The notes: generated by a model not told the origin, from the sequence alone. 64,000 nt of DNA from Candidatus Parcubacteria bacterium (GCA_963718875.1 OY970378.1:605373-669372); one strand, 5' to 3'. Shown: positions 40,228-50,618, counted from the first letter of the stretch. Translations and numbers: made by a program.

Positions 40228-41754
40228 TCAAGGGTTGACTTGGTAAACTGCAAATAGCTGGTTATTGTCGTTGAATTCCGAATAGTGTTGAGATAACTTT
40301 GCTTTGGGATAGCGCTTTTTAAGCTCTGCTATAACGTCGTTTTGCTGAGGGGTAATGAAAATAACTTCAATAGGGGTTGAAGCGTCTGGAAGTGATGCAA
40401 TTTGAGTATCTTTAATTTCAGTATAGTTAGATTTTGACGTAGTAAGGTACTTAATAGTGTAGCTGCTGATATCTTCCGTGATTACGTAACGCGTTTTGTC
40501 TGGCTTAGCTCGGTTCAAATAGTTTGCTACGGCAGTGGAGTTTTCGTTATATGCCGTATAGACTTCTGGTGATTTTGCCCAGGCGACGAAGTATTGCTTG
40601 TGACTCTGGTAAACACTCATTAACAACAGCAGTACAATTGGAACGGTTCCGAGAGTTCTGGCAGCAGAGTTTATAGGAAACGTACTGTACCAAACATCGA
40701 GCATATATATTATCCCCAGTGCGGCGATAGCAAAGATTACCGGAGCTGCTATTAGTGCCAACAAACTATTCGGCGTTCCTGACGATGCCATCATAGCCGG
40801 TATCAGTAGCGAGCCAAATAAGATTAGTAAAACTCGGTAGCGGGCTTGGCTGATCCGCATAATGCACACTAGTAGCCCAACTAAAAACATTAATCCTACA
40901 AACAAGTTTAATTCTGGAGTACCACCGATGTTGTAATGGAAATCGTTGTCGCCGTGAATATTGAACATGCCCAAGGTTTGGGAAACGCGACTTGCCGCTG
41001 AGCTAAAATCCCCAACTGTAACTTGGGTTAGTTGTATGTTATTGCTTGATAATCTAAACCCAATCGTCGGTATTCCTAGTAATAGGGCAGCCCCCAGTAC
41101 TAGCCCCAAGCGCCTTACGAGTTTTTTGTCGAATTTTCGACGCAACAAGAGCAGTGGAACGATTGCTAAAGCCAGTCCAATCAAAAACCATAAACCAGCT
41201 ATACTGGCCGTAGAGATGCCAAGGGCTGCCCCTGCTGCAAGTTGCCATACAAGTCGCTTGCTACGCATTGCCAACGTCAGTAGCCATAGTACGGTTGGAA
41301 CTATTACAATGGTTCCAGCCGTAGAGATGCCGGTACGCGATAACCCTACGCTCCATGGAGTGACTGCCAGCAATAATGCTGCAATCAGAGCTGTTTTGCG
41401 GCCAAACCAGGAGTTAATCCAGCCATAGGTTACTATAACTCCTACTATTCCGAGTAGAGCCATAGGCAGTCGTAACGCAAATGCAGTCGAGCCATTTAAT
41501 TTAGCGCTAACTGCCATAGCTAGAGTTGTTACGGTTTGACCGAGCCCTTGCTGGAGCAAACCGTTAAAAGACTGGGTTTTATTAATAACATTCATCACTG
41601 AGTTTGCATTCATAGCCTCGGCATCGCTTAATCCTGGAGGTAGGGTGCCGAGCTGTGTAAAGCGAAAGTATATGGCTAGCCCTATAACAACAATCAAACC
41701 GGCTAAATACCGATGATCATAAAGTTTGGTGGTAAGAGATGGTTGTTTGTTCAT
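40228..41754 (-). CDS. Polytopic GT-C-like (GT39/ArnT-like) membrane protein
   Basis: About 12 TM helices. Operon with the GT2 and GtrA genes. No clear DE motif seen. Confidence 0.45.
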   Translation of the reverse strand: MNKQPSLTTKLYDHRYLAGLIVVIGLAIYFRFTQLGTLPPGLSDAEAMNANSVMNVINKTQSFNGLLQQGLGQTVTTLAMAVSAKLNGSTAFALRLPMALLGIVGVIVTYGWINSWFGRKTALIAALLLAVTPWSVGLSRTGISTAGTIVIVPTVLWLLTLAMRSKRLVWQLAAGAALGISTASIAGLWFLIGLALAIVPLLLLRRKFDKKLVRRLGLVLGAALLLGIPTIGFRLSSNNIQLTQVTVGDFSSAASRVSQTLGMFNIHGDNDFHYNIGGTPELNLFVGLMFLVGLLVCIMRISQARYRVLLILFGSLLIPAMMASSGTPNSLLALIAAPVIFAIAALGIIYMLDVWYSTFPINSAARTLGTVPIVLLLLMSVYQSHKQYFVAWAKSPEVYTAYNENSTAVANYLNRAKPDKTRYVITEDISSYTIKYLTTSKSNYTEIKDTQIASLPDASTPIEVIFITPQQNDVIAELKKRYPKAKLSQHYSEFNDNNQLFAVYQVNP

Positions 41755-42203
41755 GAGTGAAACACCAAATATTGAAAAAGTATGAAGTTCCAGCTAAGGC
41801 TAACAAATGTGGCTGCTAGTTTGACCGTGTTTTTATGCACAAACTCATCATGAAATAGCTTATTCAGATTCAGACCGTGTACAATCCGTATCGCAAGCTT
41901 TGGGATTGATTGCCATTTATAGGTAAGAAAGTGAATTATTATATTTTGCAAAACATAAAGTCCAAAAGCGGTTACCAAGTAGAAAGAGCCTATCTGAAGG
42001 AACAAGTTGCCGCCTTGAGCTTTAAAAACGAAACGTTGGTTGGCGAAAAAACTAAAAATCATAGCAATTGTAGTACTAATAATATTTGCGTGGATGCGAG
42101 ATAGTTTAAAACGTTTGCTGGTAAGTATATTATAAATTCCAAAGTCAAGAGCAGTGTTAAATATACCGACTAAGCCAAATTTGGCAATTCTTGTTGCTAG
42201 CAC
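41751..42203 (-). CDS. GtrA-family membrane protein
   Basis: 150 aa, 4 TM. FGLVGIFNTALDFGIYNIL N-terminal GtrA signature. Confidence 0.7.
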   Translation of the reverse strand: MLATRIAKFGLVGIFNTALDFGIYNILTSKRFKLSRIHANIISTTIAMIFSFFANQRFVFKAQGGNLFLQIGSFYLVTAFGLYVLQNIIIHFLTYKWQSIPKLAIRIVHGLNLNKLFHDEFVHKNTVKLAATFVSLSWNFILFQYLVFHS

Positions 42204-42295
42204 CGCGCCTCCTAATCCTTATAAGCATAAGCAAGAAAGCTGTACTTGTAAAGCAACGCTGTGGTAGGTTCTGTCCGCTAATCCGGAACGGCTAA

Positions 42296-42597
42296 ACTTT
42301 TAAGTAATCCCACTGGATCTTTAAGGACCTTGCGACGGCTTTTTTTGACACTAAGCTTTATTAACAATGCCGGGAATCATCATGAATATGATCTCTAAAA
42401 GTATCTTCCATACGCTGAATCCAAAAGCGCCTTTCTGTCATCAAGCCCGGACATTCGAGGGAGGGTTGGACTACAATTTTTAAAAAGATGCCACAACAAT
42501 ATTGTAGTTAAAAGAAGCATTTGCGAGTTAGCTCTAACTAGATCGTAGCAGTTCCGTTTTAGAGTAATAAGCCGCCGTGGTATTTAAGGTTTTAAAC
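42296..42597 (+). repeat. Copy 2 of the ~300-nt non-coding direct repeat (abuts the dnaB stop)
   Basis: See copy 1. Lacks the 52-nt hairpin and has a different ~60-nt middle segment. Confidence 0.6.
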
Positions 42598-43953
42598 GTG
42601 GGTAGCGTCGAGGTTGCGAAAGCTAAGAAGCTCGGGGTGGAAGTAAAGCTCCGCACGGCCGGTAGGGCCATTACGATGCTTGCTAATGAGTATGTCGGCA
42701 ATATGCTGTCGATCGGTATCAGGGTTATACATTTCTTCGCGGTAAATAAACATCACTACGTCGGCGTCTTGTTCGATTGAGCCGGATTCACGTAAATCTG
42801 ATAGCATTGGGATTTGGGGGGTCCGACTTTCTACGCTGCGAGATAGTTGGCTCAATGCCAGAACTGGGACGTTTAGTTCGCGGGCTAAGCCTTTTAACCC
42901 TCGAGAGATTTCTGAGACTTCTTGGACCCGGTTGTCGCTTCGGCTATTTCGACCACTCATCAGCTGTAAATAGTCGATAACTATTAGACCTAAGTCGTGT
43001 TCGGCTTGCAGTCGGCGCGCTTTGGTGCGCATTTCCATAACGTTTGTTAAGGCTGAGTCGTCAATAAATATGGGAGCATCGCTTAAAACGGCCATGGCGT
43101 GATTTATTTTTGGAAAATCAGTGTCTTCCAAAGCTCCGTTACGCAATTTCCAGGCATCAACGCCAGATTCCCCTGCCAGCAAACGATCGATCAGTTGTTC
43201 TTTGCTCATCTCGAGTGAAAAGATCCCCACGGGAATGCCCTCTTTAACGGCAACGTGTTGGGCAATATTTAGAGCTAGTGTGGTTTTGCCAATACTTGGT
43301 CTAGCGGCCAAAATGATTAAGTCCGACTTTTGAAGGCCGGCCAAGGTTCTATCAAGCGATTTAAAGCCAGTTGGGACGCCTCGAAGTTTTTTATTGTCTT
43401 TATGTAAATCGTCTAAGCGGTCAAAGCTATCAACTAATATAGAGCTAATTGATATAAAGTTTTGCTTAAGATTTTTTTGGGATACTTCGAATAGAGTTTG
43501 TTCAGCCGTGTCTAAAAGCCCATCCAAAGGGCTATCCTCATCGTGCCCAAGGTTGGTAATTTTTCCGGCGGCACTAATGAGGCGCCTTAGGGTGGCTTTG
43601 TGCGACACAATTTCAGCATAATGGGCAACATGTGCGGCCGTAGGTACTGCGTCAACTAACTCCGTTAAATAGGCAGCGCCACCCATTTTGTCTAATTCCC
43701 CTACCCCATCTAGCTTGTTCGCTAGGGTTAAAAGGTCGATCGGCTGGCGCGCCTCGTACAGATCGATCATTGAGGTAAAAATGAACGCATTGCGACTAAC
43801 ATAGAAGTCCTCAGCCGTTACTTTGTCCGCCACTTTTGTAATAGCTTCATTATCAACTAAGATAGCGCCTAGAAGACTTGCCTCGGCCTCAAGATTTTGA
43901 GGAGGCATTTTTGAAGAAATCTCGCTCTTTAGAGTTTCCCCGGCTTTATCCAC
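42592..43953 (-). CDS. dnaB: Replicative DNA helicase DnaB
   Basis: N-terminal domain LEAEASLLGAIL. Walker A ARPSIGKTT. 453 aa. Confidence 0.9.
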   Translation of the reverse strand: MDKAGETLKSEISSKMPPQNLEAEASLLGAILVDNEAITKVADKVTAEDFYVSRNAFIFTSMIDLYEARQPIDLLTLANKLDGVGELDKMGGAAYLTELVDAVPTAAHVAHYAEIVSHKATLRRLISAAGKITNLGHDEDSPLDGLLDTAEQTLFEVSQKNLKQNFISISSILVDSFDRLDDLHKDNKKLRGVPTGFKSLDRTLAGLQKSDLIILAARPSIGKTTLALNIAQHVAVKEGIPVGIFSLEMSKEQLIDRLLAGESGVDAWKLRNGALEDTDFPKINHAMAVLSDAPIFIDDSALTNVMEMRTKARRLQAEHDLGLIVIDYLQLMSGRNSRSDNRVQEVSEISRGLKGLARELNVPVLALSQLSRSVESRTPQIPMLSDLRESGSIEQDADVVMFIYREEMYNPDTDRQHIADILISKHRNGPTGRAELYFHPELLSFRNLDATHV

Positions 43954-43967
43954 GTTTCAACCTCGAT

Positions 43968-45437
43968 TTAGTCATTTACTACTTCACCTCCTAAAATTTC
44001 AAGAGCAGAGCTTACAAGTTCATTAGTAGGGTCGATTGCTTGTTCTGGCACTCCAAGAGCCTCTAGCTGACTGACAGCTCGTACTGGCTTGTTATAAACC
44101 TTGGCGAGAGCAACTTCTATTATGGCACGGTTCTTGGGTTCTTCAATACGGTCACGGTGAAAGCTAAAACGGCAGTTGATAATGATTTGATCTGTTTCTA
44201 TTGCTATACGACAAGAGCACAACAGGGCATAAAGTGAGTTATTTTCTACTTTTATAAGGACGAGGACTTTAGGCCAAAGTGTTTGCATGGACGCATTATC
44301 TGAAGCTAAAGGCTCTTTTATGGTGGGCAAAGATACCTCTGTGGGGGTGGGTTCAGGGCTATTTTTAGGGGCTGAGGTAGTCTGGGGGACTTTGGCCGGC
44401 GTAGCCGAAGATAATTCTACCAAGGTAGTTTCAAGGGCTATCTCGGGCATCGGAGAGGTTAAAACGTTACTAAGCAGGTTAATAATGTTTGCAATTTGGC
44501 TCTCAGATAGCTCCGCAACGGAGCTCGCTAGGGTTATTTTAGTGGTCGTTAGTTTGGATAGCATAATTTCGCGCCACCGTTTCATTAACTGCATAACCAG
44601 TTCAGATATCTGAGCTCCGGAGTCTACAAGTTCATCAATGGTTCTAATAGCTTCGCCAGGTTGGCGTTGGGCTATAGATAGCACTAGTTTTTCGATGGCA
44701 GCAGAGTCGCTTAAGCCTAATAAAGAGTTAACATTTTGGGCCGTGACAAGATCTTGACCGCTGCCAGAAACCTGATCGAGCATACTTATGGCGTCGCGAA
44801 AACTTCCATGGCTGGCTTCGACAATAAGGTTAATTGCATCGGGCTCAATTGTTATTCCTTCCTTTTTAGCAATTTTCCCAAGGTGTTCGGATAAGTCTTT
44901 TGGAGTGATAGCTTTAAAATTGAAGCGTTGAGTGCGCGAGATGATGGTTTCGGGTAGTTTGTGAGCTTCTGTAGTGGCAAGAATGAAGATAGCGTGAGTA
45001 GGTGGCTCCTCCAAAGTCTTTAAAAGGGCATTAAAAGCCTCGTTAGTTAGCATGTGTACTTCGTCGATAATATAGACCTTGTAGCGGCTCAGGGCAGGGC
45101 TTAGATTGATTTTGTCTCGCAGGTCCCTAACCTCGTCTATGCGACGGTTACTGGCGGCGTCAATCTCAATAATGTCCATATTGCTTGCGAGAGGAACCAA
45201 GCAAATTTGACAGCTATTACAGGGCATATTGGTTTGAGACTCTAGACAGTTAACAGCCCTTGCTAACAACCTTGCTACGGAGGTTTTCCCAACTCCCCTG
45301 GGTCCAGTAAACAAATAGGCATGGCTGATACGCCCATTTGCGAGGGCATTGGTCAGAGTGGTAACGATGTGGGTTTGGCCAAGAATTTCGGCAAAGCTTT
45401 TGCCGCGGTATTTTCTATATAAAGCTAACTCGGCCAT
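43968..45437 (-). CDS. dnaX: DNA polymerase III gamma/tau subunit
   Basis: GPRGVGKTS, DEVHML, zinc module CNSCQIC. Confidence 0.85.
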   Translation of the reverse strand: MAELALYRKYRGKSFAEILGQTHIVTTLTNALANGRISHAYLFTGPRGVGKTSVARLLARAVNCLESQTNMPCNSCQICLVPLASNMDIIEIDAASNRRIDEVRDLRDKINLSPALSRYKVYIIDEVHMLTNEAFNALLKTLEEPPTHAIFILATTEAHKLPETIISRTQRFNFKAITPKDLSEHLGKIAKKEGITIEPDAINLIVEASHGSFRDAISMLDQVSGSGQDLVTAQNVNSLLGLSDSAAIEKLVLSIAQRQPGEAIRTIDELVDSGAQISELVMQLMKRWREIMLSKLTTTKITLASSVAELSESQIANIINLLSNVLTSPMPEIALETTLVELSSATPAKVPQTTSAPKNSPEPTPTEVSLPTIKEPLASDNASMQTLWPKVLVLIKVENNSLYALLCSCRIAIETDQIIINCRFSFHRDRIEEPKNRAIIEVALAKVYNKPVRAVSQLEALGVPEQAIDPTNELVSSALEILGGEVVND

Positions 45438-45540
45438 CTACCCTCACGTAATTACTGTCTTATTATATCTGGTGACGGAGGGTTTTAGTAGGTGGACTTT
45501 TTAAAATATACATGCTGTTGGGGGGAGGATCTTGGCTAAG

Positions 45541-46053
45541 TTAGCCAATGACGGCTTCGACGGCTGCCCACTCAGGCGTCCCTTCTTCGGGAACAACAAT
45601 GGTTATTTGGTCGCCTGGCTGAGCTTTAAAATAAGTAACGCTAGCAAATAAAACCCGGTAATCGACGCCTCCGGCCTCGACGTAGTATTGCCCATCTTTG
45701 AGACTTAGAGTGCCGATCAACTTTCGTCTTTCGGCTGGTCCTATTTGTTTATAGATAAACGAACCGTCGTCGCCGATGGTTAGTTTCAAAATATCTCCTT
45801 CGACTAGCTTGGACTTTGAAGCGTAATTAGCTGGTACGGGGTACATTTTGCCATCTGGCCCAAGCATATTTTGACCATCAAATTCCCCTTCTATAATTTT
45901 GCCGGTCGCTATGTCGCTAGGAGCAATGCTATTAGGCTCGTCAGTATCGCCAATTAGGCTAGCTAGCAGCTCTTTTGCCCCTGCCAAATTTGTCTCAGCA
46001 GTCTCAATAAGCTTTTTTAGGGTCTTTAGTTGTTTGTCGGCTAGTTCTGCCAC
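45541..46053 (-). CDS. Hypothetical protein (170 aa)
   Basis: ORF only. Confidence 0.35.
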   Translation of the reverse strand: MAELADKQLKTLKKLIETAETNLAGAKELLASLIGDTDEPNSIAPSDIATGKIIEGEFDGQNMLGPDGKMYPVPANYASKSKLVEGDILKLTIGDDGSFIYKQIGPAERRKLIGTLSLKDGQYYVEAGGVDYRVLFASVTYFKAQPGDQITIVVPEEGTPEWAAVEAVIG

Positions 46054-46171
46054 CGTAACTCCATTTGTTTTGGTCTTTAAAAACGTTATCTTATATTTAC
46101 CACTATGAAACTAAAAAGTCAAAGCATTCGCTAAAAATGCTGCGTTCGAAATTTCCGATTAACAGCAAAAA

Positions 46172-46197
46172 TCAAAAAGGAGCTTTAGCAAGCTCCT
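46172..46197 (-). terminator. rplL rho-independent terminator (aggagctt-tagc-aagctcct plus T-run on the minus strand)
   Basis: 8-bp perfect stem followed, on the coding strand, by TTTTTGATTTTT. Confidence 0.65.
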
Positions 46198-46214
46198 AAA
46201 TTGACTTAACTATG

Positions 46215-46694
46215 CTACTGAAGTTCTACGGACGCGCCAGCTGCTTCTAAAGCCTTTTTGGCCTCTTCTGCCTCTGCCTTGGGAATATTTTCCTTAACTG
46301 GCTTAGGTGCGCTGTCTACAAGGCCCTTACTCTCGGCAAGGCCGAGTCCGGTAATTTCACGAACAGCCTTAATGACGTTAATTTTTTGATCACCAGCAGC
46401 GTTTAGGATGACGGTGTATGAGCTTTTCTCGGCTTCGGCTGGCTCATCTCCGCCAGCGGCTGGAGCGGCGGCCATAGCCATAGGGGCGGCAGCAGACACT
46501 CCAAAGTGGTTTTCGAGCACTTTGACAAGTTCGCTGAGTTCAAGTACGGATAGGGTTTCAATTGATTTTACTAAGTCTTTAAACTTAGCTGGGACTTCGG
46601 GCTTATCTTCGCTTTTAGCCTCATTTTTAACTTCGGCTTTAGCTTTGGGGGCTTCCTCTTTTACTTCTTCTGTTACGGTTTCTTCTTCGGCCAT
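46215..46694 (-). CDS. rplL: Ribosomal protein L7/L12 with ~35-aa acidic/Lys-rich N-terminal extension
   Basis: Core ...[19 protein letters not shown]...[23 protein letters not shown]... Confidence 0.9.
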   Translation of the reverse strand: MAEEETVTEEVKEEAPKAKAEVKNEAKSEDKPEVPAKFKDLVKSIETLSVLELSELVKVLENHFGVSAAAPMAMAAAPAAGGDEPAEAEKSSYTVILNAAGDQKINVIKAVREITGLGLAESKGLVDSAPKPVKENIPKAEAEEAKKALEAAGASVELQ

Positions 46695-46794
46695 TTTTTT
46701 AGATCTCCTATTACTTAGTTAAACTTCGCGAATTATGAATAAAGTATGATGAATTATGGGTCGTGTTATCCACGCACCTTATATTCTTGATTCA

Positions 46795-47322
46795 TTATTC
46801 CTCATTCGCAATTGCATTAAGAACGTTTACTATGCTACGGACATTTGCTCCCAATACGCCTACAAAACCTGTCAAAGGAGCTGCAATTGTACCAACAACC
46901 TGGCCAATCAATTGGTCGCGAGTTGGAAGGCTCGCCAACGCCTTTACCTGAGCTGGAGTTAGCAACTCGCCTTCGCTTGTTACTGCACCAACTATTTCAA
47001 GCGCTGCATGAGTTTTGGCGTATTGAAAAATTACCCGGGCAGGGGCTACTTCATCGTCAAATCCCATGGCTAGGGCCATTGGTCCAGTAAATTTGCTGGG
47101 GTCAAGTTCGCTAAAAGTAGGGTTGGATTTTGTGGCGATTCGAAGCAGGGTATTTTTGGTTACCCTATAGGTCATACCTTCTTCGCGTAGTAGTTGGCGC
47201 AACTCTTCAACCTCTGCCACGGTTAATCCGCGGTAATCGGTCATGATGGCAAGCTTAATTCGGCCTAACTCGTCGCCCAGTTTGGCAACTGCTTGTTCTT
47301 TGGCTTCGCGTGTAATTGCCAT
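46795..47322 (-). CDS. rplJ: Ribosomal protein L10
   Basis: MAITREAKEQAV...TDYRGLTVAEVEELR. Confidence 0.9.
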   Translation of the reverse strand: MAITREAKEQAVAKLGDELGRIKLAIMTDYRGLTVAEVEELRQLLREEGMTYRVTKNTLLRIATKSNPTFSELDPSKFTGPMALAMGFDDEVAPARVIFQYAKTHAALEIVGAVTSEGELLTPAQVKALASLPTRDQLIGQVVGTIAAPLTGFVGVLGANVRSIVNVLNAIANEE

Positions 47323-47563
47323 ACGTGGCTCCTTTCTGTTGTCGTCCCGAGGTATTCGAGGGATCTATGGTTTGTGCTTATCATAGATGCTTCGGCAAGC
47401 TCAGCATGACATAAAAAATCTTCGATTGATTACCGAAGACATTCAAAGTTAACAATCAAAATGTTGATGGTTACCTCGGTAGCAGATTAAGTCCTTTGAC
47501 TATCTTAGGACAGCTACTGTCTTGGGTGATCGCTAGTAATATTAGCCGACTGCAAGCCTAAAG

Positions 47564-47989
47564 TCAACCCTCGGATGTAGGCGGATGTTCCCTGTTTCGT
47601 TTTTCCGCTGCAGTTGCATCCATTAGTGCAGTTAAATCTTCTTCAACACCAAAGAATTGGTATGCATAAGCTAAATCCATTGCACTTTCAACAGATTCGA
47701 GGAAGCGTTGGTCGTCAACATCTCTCCATATCCTGGCCATTGAGAGTTCAAGGGCTAACCCAAGCATTTCGTAACGGTCTCGGTTGGCATCCACTATTTC
47801 CATTCCGGCTTCACGGTAACTTGCGCTTAATGATACAACGTCTTCTGTAAGTTCCCTTAACCCAGCTTCTATGATACGAGATCTAATATCTTGCATTCCA
47901 GGAGTTTCGACGAACCCTAGTTGCTCGACGATTTCCTCAAGCGTTCTTGGACGATCTATTTCTGGTTCAGACTCTTCGACGCCACTCAT
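47564..47989 (-). CDS. Hypothetical acidic protein (141 aa)
   Basis: ORF only. Confidence 0.35.
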   Translation of the reverse strand: MSGVEESEPEIDRPRTLEEIVEQLGFVETPGMQDIRSRIIEAGLRELTEDVVSLSASYREAGMEIVDANRDRYEMLGLALELSMARIWRDVDDQRFLESVESAMDLAYAYQFFGVEEDLTALMDATAAEKRNREHPPTSEG

Positions 47990-48064
47990 TTTTAGTCCTC
48001 TTTTAACTTAGTATAGCAATGAATTATGTTACGATATAATCAAGAGCATAACCAAGGTGGTGGA

Positions 48065-48958
48065 ATGTACAAACCTTATGATGAGCGAGTACCAGATACT
48101 CAATATCGTGATTTATTAAAAAACATTTTGGATAATGGTGAATTTGGGGAGACGCGTCAAGGACCACGGGCCAAAACTGTCATAGGGGCCCAAATGCGTT
48201 TTAAATTGGCCAATGGATTTCCGGTAATTACCGATCGCAGCATCAAGTCTTTTTGGCAAAAACCGATTGGCGAGCTGTGCGCATTTATAAATGGCGCTCG
48301 TACGCGTGAGCAGTTAGCGGAGTTTGGCTGTACATGGTGGGATGCTTGGACAAGCGAGGAAAAGACAAAAAAACGTGGACTTGAGCCCGGTGATATTGGC
48401 CCTGGTTCGTATGGTGCGGCTTTTCATGATTTCCCGACGGCTGATGGTGGCAGTTTTGACCAGTTTAAGCATTTGGTAGAGCAAATCAGTGAGTTTCCGG
48501 AAATGCGCACACATTTTGTGACGCCCTGGATTCCTCAATACATTGTGCGAGGTAAAGGCAAACAACAAAAAGTCACCATTGCGCCCTGCCATGGCTGGAT
48601 ACATGTGCGGATATTTAATGAGAAGTTACATTTGCACATGTTCCAACGCTCGGGTGATGTTCCTATTGGCGTTCCGTCAAACATGATCCAATACGCTGCG
48701 CTGGCCTTGATGTTAGAGCATTTAACTGGCTTTGAGGCTGTGGAATATGTTCATACTATTTCGGATGCTCACATATACGAAGATCAGATTGAGTATTTAG
48801 GGGAAATGTTAGAACGAGAGCCTTTAAAATTACCCACTGTAAGCCTGACCGAAGAAGGCAAAAAAGTTACCGACATTCACAACTTTCGCATGGAGCATTT
48901 TGAATTGAGCGATTACGCGCCGCATCCTAGTATTCCTAAAATTCCTGTAGCGACGTGA
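48065..48958 (+). CDS. thyA: Thymidylate synthase
   Basis: Active-site PCHGWIHV. AAGGTGG RBS before MYKPYDE. Confidence 0.9.
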   Translation: MYKPYDERVPDTQYRDLLKNILDNGEFGETRQGPRAKTVIGAQMRFKLANGFPVITDRSIKSFWQKPIGELCAFINGARTREQLAEFGCTWWDAWTSEEKTKKRGLEPGDIGPGSYGAAFHDFPTADGGSFDQFKHLVEQISEFPEMRTHFVTPWIPQYIVRGKGKQQKVTIAPCHGWIHVRIFNEKLHLHMFQRSGDVPIGVPSNMIQYAALALMLEHLTGFEAVEYVHTISDAHIYEDQIEYLGEMLEREPLKLPTVSLTEEGKKVTDIHNFRMEHFELSDYAPHPSIPKIPVAT

Positions 48959-49452
48959 TTTCGATTTTGGTGGCTTATGCTCGCAGTGGTGTTATTGGCA
49001 AAAGCAATGACCTACCTTGGTACTTACCGGCCGATCTAAAGCGTTTTAAGCAACTAACGACTGCACATCCGGTTATAATGGGTCGGAAAACATTTAACTC
49101 AATTATAAAGCGACTTGGCCATCCTCTGCCCGACCGCACGAACGTGGTTTTGACTCGCGATACTAAGTTTCAATATGATGGGGCTATGGTGGTAAACGAC
49201 CTGGATACGGCTATAGCGATGACACAACCAGAGGGCGAGGTTTTTATTATTGGAGGCGCTCAGGTTTTTAACCAATCAATGAATGTGGCTGATAAGATTT
49301 ATGCTACCGAGATCGATGCCGATATTGAAGGCGATGTTTATTTTCCGATAGTCGATCGCAGTGAGTGGCAGGAAACCAGTCGTGAAGAACATGAGTCTGA
49401 CGAAAAGAACCCGTATAACTATGCTTTTGTGATTTATGAGAGGTTAAGATGA
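48955..49452 (+). CDS. folA: Dihydrofolate reductase
   Basis: GVIGKSNDLPWYLPADLKRFKQLT...IMGRKTF. Overlaps the thyA stop. Confidence 0.85.
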   Translation: MISILVAYARSGVIGKSNDLPWYLPADLKRFKQLTTAHPVIMGRKTFNSIIKRLGHPLPDRTNVVLTRDTKFQYDGAMVVNDLDTAIAMTQPEGEVFIIGGAQVFNQSMNVADKIYATEIDADIEGDVYFPIVDRSEWQETSREEHESDEKNPYNYAFVIYERLR

Positions 49453-49904
49453 GCGATATAAGCTATAACTTGCAAGCTGGGCGTACGCCAGAACAGCTTG
49501 AACAAATGAAGCGTCTTCAGGAAAGCGGAATTTGTGCATTTTGTCCTGAATATCTAGCTACTGAACACCGTGAACCAATTGAAATTCGCACCAACTACTG
49601 GGTTGTGACTAAAAACGACTATCCTTATAAACGCACAAAGCTTCACTTGTTGTTGATACCCTTAAAGCATGTTAAGACGTTGTCTGAATTAAACTCAGAA
49701 GCCTTACATGACCTAACTGACACTATTGTGATGATAGAAAAAAAGTGGGGACTTAAGTCTTATGCGGTAATATCGCGCTCTGGGGACATGCGTTATAACG
49801 GCGGCAGCGTAGAACATTTGCATACTCACATTGTTGTTGGTGATGTGGATGATCCTGACCCTGAGCCTGTGCGCTTTAAGGTGAGCTCGCGCCCCAAAAC
49901 TTGA
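49449..49904 (+). CDS. HIT-family (histidine triad) protein with CxxC motif
   Basis: HLHTHIV = HxHxHxx. CAFCPE. Confidence 0.65.
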   Translation: MSDISYNLQAGRTPEQLEQMKRLQESGICAFCPEYLATEHREPIEIRTNYWVVTKNDYPYKRTKLHLLLIPLKHVKTLSELNSEALHDLTDTIVMIEKKWGLKSYAVISRSGDMRYNGGSVEHLHTHIVVGDVDDPDPEPVRFKVSSRPKT

Positions 49905-49988
49905 TCTGACTGTCAGATGTCGGTACCATGGTTTCAGATCAGGCGCCCGCCTGGTCTAAAGTTCTCATGCGTCGGAAAGGACGTTGAT

Positions 49989-50618
49989 ATGGCTGACGAG
50001 CTCGTTGTACGAGAAGAAGCAGTACGGGGAGAGAAGCCTTTGGAGAGTGTGTATCGGCGGGCCAACCAGGAGGGTTTGTGTCCGTTCGATGATCTTGATC
50101 CAGCGGTGAATGTTCCGGTATATCCAGATGAGGTTTTCAATTTCTGGAATGTCTGGTATCGCCCGAAGCCGCGTCGGGGTCTGGCTGTGCATGTCATCCT
50201 GGCCACCAAATCCCATCTCCGTCATTTCGATGATCTCACAGGAGAGGGACAGCTGGAGTACTTCCGCATCCTGGCGATGTTGAGGAGGAACTTTGGAGAG
50301 TCCTACGCCTTGGTATCACGATTGGGTGGGGATGAGAACCGCAATCTCAACGCCGCCTCGGTTTACCACCTCAGCGCTCATTTCACGATCAGCGACGGCT
50401 TGCCCGTGTCTCTGGCTGACATTCCTCAACCCTTCCTCAGCCTCTACCTCGAGCTCAAAGGTCGAGCACCCACAGTTGACGACCAGATGCAACCGCTGGA
50501 TCCTTTGGAGTTCATGGATGCTCTGAGGCTGTGGTTGGACGTGGCACGAGCTGCTGAGAAAGGGCTGGCTTGGCCGGTTCGCGAACTGGTTACCAAGCGA
50601 GTTGCTCCTTCCAGCTGA
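49989..50618 (+). CDS. Diverged HIT-like paralog on a high-GC island (triad degenerated to HLSAH)
   Basis: Aligns to the adjacent HIT gene: NFWNV/NYWVV, HVILATKSHL/HLLLIPLKHV, FGESYALVSRLGGD/WGLKSYAVISRSGD, ASVYHLSAHF/GSVEHLHTHI. GC is mid-to-high 50s by eye versus low 40s in the neighbour. Confidence 0.55.
   Translation: MADELVVREEAVRGEKPLESVYRRANQEGLCPFDDLDPAVNVPVYPDEVFNFWNVWYRPKPRRGLAVHVILATKSHLRHFDDLTGEGQLEYFRILAMLRRNFGESYALVSRLGGDENRNLNAASVYHLSAHFTISDGLPVSLADIPQPFLSLYLELKGRAPTVDDQMQPLDPLEFMDALRLWLDVARAAEKGLAWPVRELVTKRVAPSS

Noticed and set aside
37203-42597. The ~300-nt direct repeats as IS elements or a composite transposon
   Set aside because: No transposase ORF and no terminal inverted repeats. 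Conservation is modular and non-coding, and the enclosed genes are ordinary glycosylation genes. Recorded as a repeat family of unknown nature instead.
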